A stretch of 64,000 bases of DNA from Chiloscyllium plagiosum (lineage: Eukaryota), in the NCBI RefSeq assembly GCF_004010195.1, contig NC_057750.1, forward strand, positions 16,431,241 to 16,495,240. Reading direction: 5' to 3'. The notes under the pieces were generated by a model. It made no database searches and was not told the origin of the DNA. It was given only the letters and a program-made list of their open reading frames with translations. The translations under genes were made by a program, and so were the position numbers. Below, piece by piece: positions 24,137 through 37,035 of this stretch. Position 1 is the first letter of the stretch. Each line of letters opens with the position of its first letter.

Positions 24137-25230
24137 ACTTCCATCTCCTCAGACGTAGATATTCAAGCTTCCCCTGTCTCTGAATGTTTACAGATTTAAT
24201 GGACATTACGGGGTTTATATTCCTGTATTTAATATTTATTCATGCTGCTCTTTATTTTGTTTTGGAATGGATAACCTCTTATTGTGTTTTTTTTTTAAGA
24301 GAGTATGTGTGTATGTGTGTGTGTGTGTGTGCGCGCGCGCACACGCTTGTGCGCGTGTGTGTATATGTATAAAAAGATTTTTGTACCTGGCTTCTGGATA
24401 ATGAAGAATGCCTGCTGACATCTCTCTGAAAGCTGCGAAATCTTTGCACTATTTTCAATAGCAAAGTCATCCTGAAAAATATCTGCATGCCAAGGACTGA
24501 AGATGGGGTGGGTGGAATGAAAAAAAGGCAGGACCTTTTGAACCAGTTATGGTGAAGAATTCTTCATAGGATCTATATTGTAATGTGTGCTGTTCCACTC
24601 TGCAAGAAGCAGTGAATCCAAGTGGCAGAGGAATCACAACAGTCCACCCCTAGTCTGGCAGGGCTGTTATGCTTTAGGTCAATGCTGTTCTTTCTGCATT
24701 GGACCAGTGTCTTCTCCACATGACCAACAAAGCTTGCAGTAGAACACCAGCCAAGCACATTATACATTACAGATGACAAAATTGTGGAAAATTGAGCTGA
24801 AGGCAGTTTTTCATTCTCACAGTTCAGACTAACAAATCCTGTTTGAGAAACTGTGATCCAGGACATCTTTTGCATTTGTCAATGGAAAATGCTGCCGACC
24901 CATTTATTATTCTATATATAGTCAAATATGGGAATGTATTGTGTCTCATTATGAAGGACTTTTTATTAGCAAAACATGAAAGATTATTGCAGTTCTGTTT
25001 CAAAGTCAAGCCAATGTTATTTTAATATTTTATAATTTAAGAATTTTTGATATACATACAAAATGAAATATACTTTTTCTAATTTTATTTTGTATATAGT
25101 GTATATTTAAGAGAATTGTACATATGTTTATCTATTATGTTTTATATATGTCTTTTCTGTTGAAGAGAAGTTCAAATTTATTTTTTTCCAAAATAAATGA
25201 AAATAATTCTAATTCTGGGAATTTAGTGAA
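24137..25230 (+). other. dlc 3' UTR with poly(A) signal AATAAA at 25192-25197
   Basis: Repeat-free AU-rich stretch after the stop codon; end position is approximate. Confidence 0.6.
24303..24370. repeat. (TG)n(CG)n alternating purine-pyrimidine tract in the dlc 3' UTR
   Basis: gtgtgtgtgtgtgcgcgcgcgcacacg. Confidence 0.85.
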
Positions 25231-28200
25231 TTTATTTAGGATATTTATAAGGTCATTTAATGCACATGACATCAGCTGTCAATACATAAACTTTGTCCTT
25301 TCCCTATTGCTCTCTATTTCCTCAAAACAGTGACCTTCTCTGGATATTTCTGCATGGGTGATGCCAATTTCTGTTACCTGATTTTACCTATTCTGCTGGA
25401 AATCTTACAATAGTCAAGACACCTCCAATGTAAACAAAGAATCAATTGAACAGGTAAACTAGTGGGGAGATAGTACAATATGGTGTTGAAGCAGGATAGG
25501 CCATTCTGACCTTGGGGCAAGCTCTGCCATGTCACTGGACTGGTAAGCCATGATCAAGGCTAATGGTGTGTGAACATGGGTTCAAATCCCACCACAGCAG
25601 CTGCTGAAATCCAAATTAATTTCTATTATTAAATGTGGATTGAACACAAGAAATAGGAGCAGGAGTGGACTATTCAATCCACACTGCCTGATCTTTGGTT
25701 TCAACTCAACCTTGCTGCACATTTCCCATATCCTGATTGGCTAGGTCAGTTGATTTGAATGGCTGGTTTGTGATGCAGAGTGATGGCTACAGCATGGGTT
25801 TAATTCCCACACCAGCTGAGGTTACTACAAATGAGTTCCATTTTCAATCTCTCCCCTCACCTAAGGCGAGGTGACTGAGGTTAAAACTACCACCAGTCAT
25901 GTCCCTCTAATCAGTGAGCACCCTTCTGGGATTATGGTGACTTTACAACTATTACTGAAAGCTAGTCTTTGCAATGGTGACCATGACCATTATCATCAAT
26001 TCTTGTAAAAGCCCCTCGGGTTCACTAATGCCCTCAAGGGAAATCTGCCATCCTTATCTGGTTGGACCTACACGTGAAGTTAGGCCCACAACAATGTCGA
26101 CGTTTAAATGCCGTCTGAAACATCTAGCTGCTCAAGTCAACAGCAGTTGGGATGGGTAACAAATGCAGACTTTGGCAATGATGCCAATATTCGAAAAACG
26201 AAAACCCAGAAAAGTGTGGTAATTGTAACAGGGCAGCTAAATGTGATGAAGACTTTCAGTTGTATGGGAAGTAAGGGCTGACAGATTAAATGGACAAAGT
26301 GGCCTGTTTTTATATTTTAACTTGTACATTTGAATGGCCATTTGACGAATGTGCAATCAGACTAATTCTGTCCTGTATCTAGTCTAATACAACACTTTCC
26401 TGCAGCCTGTATAATGGTGAGCAGGGGTAATCCCACCTCACTTTGTTTCCCTAATCCTCTCCTAAATCTGTTTTTAATCTACACGTTTGGACATGTTGTA
26501 TCACACCTCTGTGCAGATGGGACTCTAATCAGAATATCTGGCCCTGAGGTAGGGACAATGTCACTGTGGCACATGACACGGATATAATGAGGTCCATTTT
26601 AGCAAATTTCCCCACAGCCAATGCAATTACAAATACTTAATCTAGCAGATAGTAAAGAATGATTCTCACAAATGTTTGGCTTTGTCCCTCACTATCAGGT
26701 TCCATCACTAACTGAACAGTGAATTAATATACTAATATGTAGTGAATAGGAGGTAAGAAAATGACTGAATGGAATATGTCTGAAATCGAGTGACAAAAAA
26801 TACACAATTAACTAAATTACGTGGAACATTAGGAAAAAGGTTAAAGTTGGAAACTAATGGGTACAATGGACAGACAAAGAATTCTACAGAATCTGGATTG
26901 AAAAGATATAACAACCATGGTTAATTCAAAAAAGGTCTGCAGACTTGAAGAGCCAAATTGGTTGATTCCTGTTATAGGCAGTCATAGAGATATACAGCAT
27001 GGAAACAGACCTTTTGGTCCAACTCGTCCATGCCGACCAGCTATCCTGACCTAATCTAATTCCATTTACCAGCATTTGGCCCATATGCCTCTAAGCCCTT
27101 TATATTCATACACCCATCCACATGCCTTTTAAATGTTACAATTGTACCAGCCTCCACAACTTCTTCTGGCAGCTCATTCCATATTCCTCAAACCATTGGA
27201 GTTCTGGATGTTCAATATACCATTTTCATAAGCTTTCAGCTAGAATGGGCTGATGGGAGGGAGTTGATTGCAATATTAACTTAAAAAAATCAGGGTTATT
27301 CAAAGCCTGTATTGTACATACCATTACTGCATTGTGAAATTATCAGTTTGCACAGGCATCAGCAGTTGTTCCAAGGGCAGCATGATCAAATGGACAGTAT
27401 GCAGAGGTGCTGGTGATACTACATTATCTGCTTTGGGCATAATAAAAGATGGTTAACCAGGAGTAGATTTGCATTTATATAGCCCCTTTCACTAATTTGG
27501 GACATCCCAAAGCAGTTCACAGCCAATTAAGGAAAATCAAGTTTTCCATGTGTCACACTATCTTGGCAATTTCTCTATAAAATAAAAAATCTTTTCAGTG
27601 AATGGGAACACTTGCATAGGATTTGCAGTTTGCATTCAAATGGTTCTGATGGTACTGCTATAGCAATCAAAGAAATGCAAAAGACATACTTTTACAACAC
27701 CTTTTATGATTTCAATGTCCCAAATTGTTTCACACCCAGTGAAATATTTGAAGTGTGGTCATTGTTGTAATGGATAGAAAAACAGCATTCACCTTGTACG
27801 TAGATAACAAGCTTCCACAAAACTGGTAACACACGTTAACAACCAGATATCCCCATTCTAGAAATGTTGGATGGGATTAAAATATGGGCCAGACCACCAG
27901 GGAAACCCAATGCTCTTCCTAAAAATATAAAGAAGGGTCATTGGACTCAAAACATTCACTCTGCTTTCTCTCCCCAGATGTTGCCAGACCTGCTGAGGTA
28001 TTCCAGCAATTTCTGTTTTGAGGGCAGATATGGCTTTGGTTTCATTCTGAAAATAGCACCTTGCACATTCACACAACAAATCGCGTGCCAAAAGCGGTGT
28101 GCCACAAGGATAAGTGCTGGGTCCACTGCTTTTCGTCATTTAGGCAAATGATTTGGATGTGAACAAAGTCTTTGGGGTCTTGAATCCAAGGCAGCAGACT

Positions 28201-29859
28201 GATGATGGGTGAGCAGGCCTTGAGCTGGATTTTTAAATGCGTCGGTTCTAGTTTGGAAGTCAGTTCCCAGCCATAATCCCAAAACGTTGTCAATTAGGGG
28301 GGTTCTAAGCTTTTTGGAGTCTTAGCTGGTGAGGCTGCTAATCTCTTAGTGACCCTGGCTTGTCTATTAATGCTCTAGGAGTGGGAGCAGTCCCTCTCAT
28401 CAGACCTGATCAGATGGAGGGTCTGACCTTCCTTGGCTTTTAATTGGATGCAGTGTTCAAAATTTCAGTGAACATGCATAAGGCTTCTGTCTAGATTGGG
28501 AGTCCAGAGATTGAACCCATTTTTGGTCCCTGCTCCCTGATTGACAATCCAGCACTGAATTTGGGGAAATAGATCAGTGCTAAGTTATAATGAATCATGG
28601 AATTGTCAAAATAATTACAATACTAAAAGAGGCCATTGTATTTGTGCTGATCCTCCGAAACAACAATTCACCTAATGCCACTTCACTACCTTTTCCCCAA
28701 AGCCCTGCAGATTTTTCTTTTTCAGAGAATGACCCAATTGGCTTGTATGTGGAATGAACTGCCAGAGGAAGTGGTAGATGAATGACAGTTACAACACTTA
28801 AATGGACAGGTACATGAATAGAAAAGGTTTAAATGGAATTGGGCCAAACTCAGGGAAATGGGACTAGTTTAATTTGGGAAAGTTGGTCAGCATGGATGAG
28901 TTGGACTGAAGGGTCTGTTTTCGTGCTGTATGACTCTAAATGCTTCAACTGAACTACATCCCACTCTTAAGCAACAGATTTGAAATCCTAACCACTCACT
29001 GTGTGCAAACAATTCACCTCACCTCCCCATTGTTTCTTTCATCAATTACTTTAAATCCAATGTAAGAGCAAATTACTGCAGATGCTGGAATTGGTACTGG
29101 AAACAAAAAATGTTGGCGATCACGGCAGGTCAGGTGGATCCATGGAGAGACAGCAAGTCAACGTTGAGTCCAGATGACTCTTTGTACCTTAAATGCATGC
29201 CCTTTGGTTCTCGAGCCTTCCAACAGTGGGAACAGTTTCTCCCTATTCAATTTGCCCAGACCCCCATGATAAGATCCAAGTCCCTCTACTCCTGCAGATT
29301 CCCTACTATAGTAACCTTTTTGTTTTGTCGCTCTGCATTCTTCCTCTTTACTTCACATTTCACGGTATCATTCTTCAACTGCCAACTGCCTGCCTGCTCC
29401 ACCAACTTGTCCATATCCTTTTTAAGTTCTGTATCATTCTTCCCACAGTTTACAATCCTTCCACGTTTCTTGGCAACCACAAATTTTGAAATGTCACTGT
29501 ACACTGAGGTTTGATCATTAATTTGAGGAACTGAAACTAAAACTGTTTTGATGGGATCTGGAACCTGGGGGTTATTTACAAATTGCATCTTTATGATTAT
29601 GAAGTTTATGAATGATGACAGATTCGGATAGACAAATAGGGAATAAGTGGGGGGATTATTTTTATTTATTCAAAATATGTACAGTCCCTAGTTTAGTTTT
29701 CGATACAAGTACTGGCCCTGTTATTGCACAATCTTTTCCCCCTCAAGTTCAAACCTCCCTCTCCAATTATCAGTCAGCAGCAATGATTCAGTAATTCTCC
29801 TGTGAAGAGAAATTCTTTTAAAAAAATAAAGAACTGATTCTGCCTTTCCCTTTCGTTCA

Positions 29860-30540
29860 AATCCTCCAACCCTGGCAACATCCTTGTAAATCTTTTCTGA
29901 ACACTTTCAACTTTCACAGCTTTCCTATTCTTCTGCTAGGAGGGAGACCAGAATTGCGCACTGTCCTCCAGAAGTGGTCTAACCAATGTCTTGTACTATA
30001 TTCAATGCTCTGAGCAATAAAGAAAAGCATACCAAATGCCTTCTTCATTATCCTATCTACCTGCGACTCCACTTTCAAGAAGCTATGAACCTGCACTCAA
30101 GAGCTCTTTATTCAGCAAAGCTCCCAGGACCTTACCATGTATAAGTCATGTTCTAGTTTGCCTTTCCAATATACAGCATCTCACTGTTATCTAAATTAAA
30201 CACCATCTGCCACTCGTCGGCCCATTGGCCCATCTGATCAAGATCCCGTTGTACCCTGAGGTAACCTTCTTCGCAGTCCACGACATCTCCAATTTTGGTG
30301 TCATCTGCAAACTTACTAATTATACCTTCTATATCCACACCCAAATCTTTTATATAAATGATGAAAAGTAGTGGACCCAGCACTGATCCTTGTGGCACAC
30401 CACTGGTCACAGGCCTCCAGTCTGAAAGACAACCCTCCACCACCACCCTCTGTCTTCTACCTTTGAACCAGTTCTGTATTCAAATGGCTAATTCTCCCTG
30501 TATTCCATGGGACCTAACATTGCTAACCAGTCTTCCCTGC
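29860..30540 (-). mobile_element. CR1 LINE RT fragment
   Basis: VTSGVPQGSVLGPLLFIIYI...KFADDTK. Confidence 0.92.
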
Positions 30541-32039
30541 TTCCTGTACAGGATTGAACATCCCGACAATCTGAAAGTATTCAGCAGTGAAGCCAACCAC
30601 TATGTCACAGGTTGGATACTCACAGCAATCAATTTCAACATTTGGCACAGATTCCCCACCCCTCACCCTCCTGTCCAAGATGATATACCCACCCCCACCT
30701 AAATAAAACCTGAATCCATGCAGCTTTGGTCATCGCAATGTTCAGTTTAGAAATCAGACTGTTTATCTGGGATTAAGCAAAGCCTCCTGCCTGATGTCCA
30801 GGTTCACACCCCCAAACTGTTCTCCCAGGCCCTCCCCTTGTGAATGAAGATCCTCCTCCTCAATTCACAGCATTCAATGGGGCTCGGAATCTCCACAGAA
30901 TTGTACCACTGCTTGGTATTAAAGACTGCTTCCGTGGTCAGATCATCATAACCATGAAGTTCAGAAAGAGGTCATTCAGCCCATCAAGTCTGCATCATTC
31001 CTCAGAAGAGCATCCCACCCAGGCCCCCACCTCTATGGATGTGATCTTTAACCATGGCAGACACAGGAGGATGTGTAAAGTCCAGAGAGACAGTCTGGAA
31101 TTGAACCCGGGGCCCTAGCACTGTGAGGCAATAATGCTAATCTTTGTGATCATCAATCCCTTTAGATTCAGATCAACACCAAAGACTTGTTGAGACAATA
31201 GCCGACGGTCTTGGTACTAGAGATTAATTTAGAGATTAAGGTAATGTTCTGGGGCGCTGTGTTCACATTCACCACAGCAGATGGTGCCATTTAAATGAGT
31301 CTAATAACGACAATGAAACAGTTGTCAATTGTCAGGGGAAAAAATCCTTCTCATTCATTAATGTCATTTATGGAGGGTAATCTGCCATTTTTACCTGGTC
31401 TGGCCTAGATAGGACTGCAGACCAACAACAACCTGGTTGACTCTACCTACCCTCTGGGTGATTAGGGAAAGGTGGTAAGCCTTCAATGAATAAAAACAAT
31501 GGCACTCCCCATGCACAGCCAGCCCCCTCCCCCCAGCTGGCTGCTCCATTTTTAGACCATTCCCTGGGATTGATAACCCTACACTGGGTCCATTGGTGCA
31601 ACTACAAAATGATCTACTTTCAAAGTTAATGGATCCTCCACTTGAATCAGCGTAGTTCACTGGAGTAGGGAACACCAACACATCGACCAGTACCAGCACA
31701 GACAACCGGGGCAAAAGGATCTGTGTCTGAGACCAGCAAGAGTTGTGACATTCATTGGACTGAGCAAATAAGTGATGTCACAGATTATCCACTGAGATAG
31801 CAGATGTTCTAAATTCAGCAGAACTTCAGCACCAAGCACCCAGACTTTCCCCTTGAAACGTCTGCTCTGCACCATGCGAGACATTCCCTTTTCACTAATG
31901 TTGGGGAGATTTCACTGCGGTGTTTAATGTAGGGCTAGGGAGGGTGACACTTCCAGCCCTGAAATGGTTAACAACAGCCAAGCGAGCTGCTGCAGGCGAT
32001 TGCATGACTGCTGGAGCTTGTAAGGGATATGCATAATGT

Positions 32040-32545
32040 TAATTAAATCTGATAAAAGGTAGGGAGGAGGGACTTGGGGGAGGGGCGTCGGAAATGCGAT
32101 AGGTGGAAAGAGGTTAAGGTGAGGGTGATAGATCAGACTGGGGTGGGGGCGGAGAGGTCAGGAAGAAGATTGCAGGTTAGGAAGGCGGTGCTGAGTTCGA
32201 TGGATTTGACTGAGACAAGGTGGGAGGAGGGGAAATGAGGAAACTGGTGAAATCCGGGTTCATCCCTTGTGGTTGGAGGGTTCCTAGGCGGAAGATGAGG
32301 CGCTCTTCCTCCAACCGTCGTGTTGTTGTGGTCTGGCGATGTACACTATGCTACTTTCTCCCCACCCCCCCCCCCCTCTAGCTTATCTCTCCACGCTTCA
32401 GGCTCTCTGCCTTTATTCCTGATGAGGGCTTTTGCCCGAAAATTCGATTTTACTGCTCCTCAGATGCTGCCTGAACTGCTGTGCTCTTCCAGCACCACTA
32501 ATCCAAAATCTGGTTTCCAGCATCTGCAGTCATTGTTTTTACCTT
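32040..32545. mobile_element. PLE fragment with inversion (GIY-YIG C-terminus on - strand, pLTR/hammerhead on + strand)
   Basis: The minus strand of about 32230-32340 reads RLEEERLIFRLGTLQPQGMN; the plus strand 32341-32545 carries the family A tail. Confidence 0.75.
32419..32447 (+). ncRNA. Hammerhead motif variant in the pLTR of a PLE fragment
   Basis: CUGAUGA-GGGC uuuu GCCC-GAAA-AU-UC-GA. Confidence 0.55.
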
Positions 32546-35500
32546 AGAGGGATATGTGCCAAGTACTAGCAAATTGGACTAGATTAGGTTAGGATATCTC
32601 GTCAGCATGGACGAATTAGACCCTGGGGCTGTTTCCATGCTGTACATCTCTATGACTTTATTACTCTAAATACAAATTTGCCTTTCAGTAGCACCCTTTG
32701 AGACTTTGAGATGTCTCGAAGCAATTTACAGCCAGTAAAATATTTTAAGTGTATTTGCTGTTTGGGGTGCAAGGAGAGAAGAGATAAACCAGTTCACTCA
32801 TCTCATAGTTTAAATGTTCTGGACCTCAGTCCAAGTTTCTCTGTCTCCATATTCCTGTGTGAACTGTTACACTGCACACAAGGAGCCCACATTTGCATTC
32901 ATGCATGTCGAAATGTGAAACTGTGAATAGTGATGAAAAGAGGCTTCACTGTGTTAACTATCACGGCTACCAGAGTTTTTTCTGCTTTACTATCTGCCAT
33001 TTCCATGTGTTGGAAGAATTTACAAGTTGATCCTTAACCTGATTAGCCACGTTATGAATGCACCCCCCTCCCCCTACTTTGGCCATCATGCCCTAGAGTG
33101 GGATCTAAATGTGGAGTTTGCATTCAGGTCACTACCCATTGTGCTATGAAACCCCCTTATACCCCTTTTAAAATGGCAGTTTTTTTCAGTTTCTTCTTGA
33201 ATTGACTAACTCCAAGTTTTAGCAGTTAGCATTAGCTTATCCAGGGGAGACCTTGTCATTTTTGATTTAATAATGGGATTTGGGTACTGTTGGTTACGTC
33301 AGCATTTATTGCCCATCCCTAATTACCAGAATACAGTTAAGAGTCAACCACATTGCTGTAGAGCTAGAGTCACATGTAGGCCCGATCAGGTAAGGCTAAT
33401 TTCCTTTCCTGATGGGAATTCAAGAACCAGATGGTTTTTAAGTCAATTGACAGTGGTTGCATGGTTGTCGTTAGACTAGTTTTTAATTACAGATTTTCTT
33501 TTATTGAATTCAAATTTCACCATTTGACATGGTGGGATTCGAACGCATATCTTCACGTTCTAGACTGCTAATATTGCCACCACCTCCCCATTACAATGGG
33601 CATTGCATCTGCCTGTGAACCATAAGTTCTAGGTTCACAAACACTAGGACTTGACAATTCAGGAAGGTGCATACACAATGCAGCCAAAATGTACTAACCT
33701 ATAAATCTTTCTGACAGCAGGTGGTCAGAGACCGAAAGATCTCTGGTCATCCATGGTAAAGAAATTGGAAGCTTCTGCCATTGCTGTCCCAGGGTCCAGG
33801 CTACAGCATGCTTGTAGAAGTCTGTGATGCCACAACAATTTGGACTCCTTAGAAGACTGGACAACCAGTGTGGACAAGTTTGGTGTCAAAAACACAAAAA
33901 TTCAATCCCTGTTCTGATTGTGTGGAGTTGGAACCTTCCTCCTGGCCCTAAGCCTGTAGATGTTATTGTACTGCAGGTGGGAGAGCTGAAGGAGATGATG
34001 AAGTGCTTTAATAGCTTCTCCCCACACAGTACATTCAATGTGAAGGTTCACGCAAAAGGATATTTATTTCCAGCTCCCAATATTTCTGAGTTTACACAGC
34101 ATCAAGGTCTCTGTTTGAATCCCCAGCCTATGTCAATGTAGTTGATCTCTCAGCTAAAGTGGAATAGGAACACTGCAACAACATGGTCTATAGTTAGGAA
34201 GGTAAAATTCAAACAGGCTACTGATCACCATGTGCAAATATCACACAGTCATCAACTGGATGCTCAATAACCATGGCCCAGATTTTCCAATAAATAGATA
34301 GTCAAAACACTGTTGTAGCAGGCTCAGAATTGCCTGGTAAATGGAACATTCCATTGGGTAATCCCTTATACTGGAATCCTCCAAAATTATTCATTTAAAT
34401 TGGAGAATTCAGAGAGATCCTCTGCAGAAAATGGTTACCCAGGAAACGTTTAACAGAGTTTTTATTTATCTGACTCCTGGACAATTATTAAACTCACCAC
34501 CCAACCTATCACACACCAGAATTGCTCCCAGAATTCTTACATCCTTCTACCCACTCTTAGACCGGACACCCACCTTCTCCCCATGACCCAACTCTATCCC
34601 ACATTTTCCTACTGCTGTATCTGACATGCACTCCCTCTGCAGCACCCTACATCCCTTCCTCTCCACTGCTAAACTAAACATGACACCCAACCTCCCATGC
34701 TACCAGACTTGACACCCACTAGACCCAATATGACTCTCCCTCCAATATTTCCACCTCACTTGCCATCAGACAATACCCTCCAATATCCCAGGACACAGAA
34801 CACCTCTGTATCGGTGTGCTGAGCCCTCACCCTTGCAATACATGACACCTCCCTTCTTCATCCAACATACCTTAAATATTCGGTCACTCTTCTAGTCACA
34901 TTCCCATTTTGAGCCCTTGCACTCTACCTATCTGACACCCTAACCTTAAACATAACATACCTTTTCACAGGTACTGTCAAAATAGCTGGCTGCGTTGCTG
35001 GGCATTTAACAGAATATAAAAACTAATGCCACAGAAAAGAGGGTACAATTTGCCTACCGTTGACCATCCTGCATTAGAAGGAAATACACAGTTGGATTTA
35101 AGATACATGGTGTACGTCCATGATCAGAATCTCCTCCTTTAAATACAGAGCTCTTGCTTAATGTAAAGAAGTAGGAGAGCAACGATCTGACGGATTGCCA
35201 TTCCTTGTAAAATCTAGCCCGATACCTCCTCCATCACTGATAAGCCAAATAACAGTCCTGACAAAGATTACATACTGGAGTCAGTGGTTCTCATGGAAAC
35301 TGCCTAATGAGAAATAACAAACTTGCTTCTTTCTCAACTTGTTTTCACCTCAGTCCTTCCTCCACCCCTCTCCATCTTGTTCCCTTTCCAACCTGTTCAT
35401 AGTTCAGGAACAACACAGATGTAAGAGTAGAACTAAAGGTTGCAGCACAGTCATGAAGCAAGGGAAGAAGCATCAGAGAAGGACAAGGTTTTCAATCATT

Positions 35501-35549
35501 TCAAAAGCTGCAGAGAGAAGGAAATGAAAGGATAGCATACCACAGTCAT

Positions 35550-35640
35550 TCCTGATGAAGGGCTCCTGCCCAAAACGTCCATTTTCCTGCTCCTCAGATG
35601 GTGCCTGACCTGCTGTGCTTTTCCAGCACCACTCTAATCT
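35550..35640 (+). mobile_element. Family A PLE-derived short insert starting at the CUGAUGA core
   Basis: cctgatgaagggctcctgcccaaaacgtc...; GAAA mutated to AAAA. Confidence 0.65.
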
Positions 35641-37035
35641 TGCCATGGTCATAAGGCATTCTATTCAAGTGACTTTGATTCTAACCATTTTAGGGTTCTG
35701 GCAAGAAGACAGAGCCAACTAAAAATGCAAACACAGTATTGAGGAACAAAGGCACAGATCGAGGACACAACAATAGTTAAAGATTAGAAGGTTTGGAGTT
35801 AGAATAGTATCAAAAACACAGTGACAACCAGTACCACGTGGACTACACCTGGTGTGGGAGGCGATAAAAAGGAATTCGCATTTAATTATGACCACATTTA
35901 AGTGGAGGCCAGTCAAGACAAGGACTGATGACAATTGACAAAATATTGTGAGCTGGATCCAGTTTTGCAAGCTCCAGTGATACAAGGTCAGATTAACTTT
36001 TATCAAGTTTACAGGTCCAAAAACAGTGACACAGGGGAAGGAGAGGGTAGCTAACATGTCATGGCAAAGAGACACTTGCAGCCCAGTAGATCCCAGTTTT
36101 AATCCCTTTGTTAAGTGTTCTCAAATTGGAGGCTGCCAGAGCAACAAACAACTTTCCTGTGAGTTTAAGGGCTTGTGAGAAGGATCAAACCCTACTGTCC
36201 TGATCCAAAATGTCAACTTTCCCTCTCCTCCAATGCTGTCTGACTTGCTGTGCCTTTCCAGCCTCACATTGTATAAACCCTTCGTTGCCAAATGGCTTAC
36301 AGCAAACATAACTTGGACCGCATACCTGAAATAGAGAGAGAGAGAACGAGACAGTGAGAAAGAGAGAGAAAAGAGTTAACGTTGAGTCCAGTAACCTTTC
36401 AGTAACCTTTTGCCACTGGACTCAAAAAAATTATCTATTTATCTCCATGCAGATAAAGCCAGGCCTGCTGAGTTGCTCCAGCACTTTCTGTTTTCATTTC
36501 AGATTTGCAGTACCTGCAGTTCCTTGTTTTATTTTAAGATAGTATTGAATAAGGCTGCAAAAACCAGTTGAAAGCCTAACAATTGTGTTTTAGAAACCAG
36601 CAACCGCCACATGAAAGTTGACAAAAAGGTAAAAAAAAATGAGCAAACTAGCCAGGAATATAAGAAAAGATTGTAAGATTCTTAAAAGTACATAAAAAAG
36701 AAAGTAGCTAAAGTAAATGTTGGTTTCAGGGTAGCAGAAACAAATATGGGGCCACAGTCTCAGGATAAGGAGCCAATTGTTTTGGACTGAAATGTAGAGA
36801 CATTTCTTCATTCAAAGTGTTGTGAATCTTTGGAATTCTCTACCACACAGGATTGTGAATGTTCTATTGTTGATCATATTGAAAGCTGGGACGGACAGAT
36901 TTTGCTTTTCAAGGAATCAAGGGATACAAGAACGGACGATGGGGTTCAGACCCAAACCAGAGATGATCATATTGAATGGCAGAGGTGGCTCAACAGATCA
37001 TATAGTCTACTTACATGCCTTTGTTATTTTAACAG

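Noticed and set aside
34490-34960. C/A-rich stretch as a structured or coding element
   Set aside because: Low-complexity decayed repeat with no ORF or clear period.
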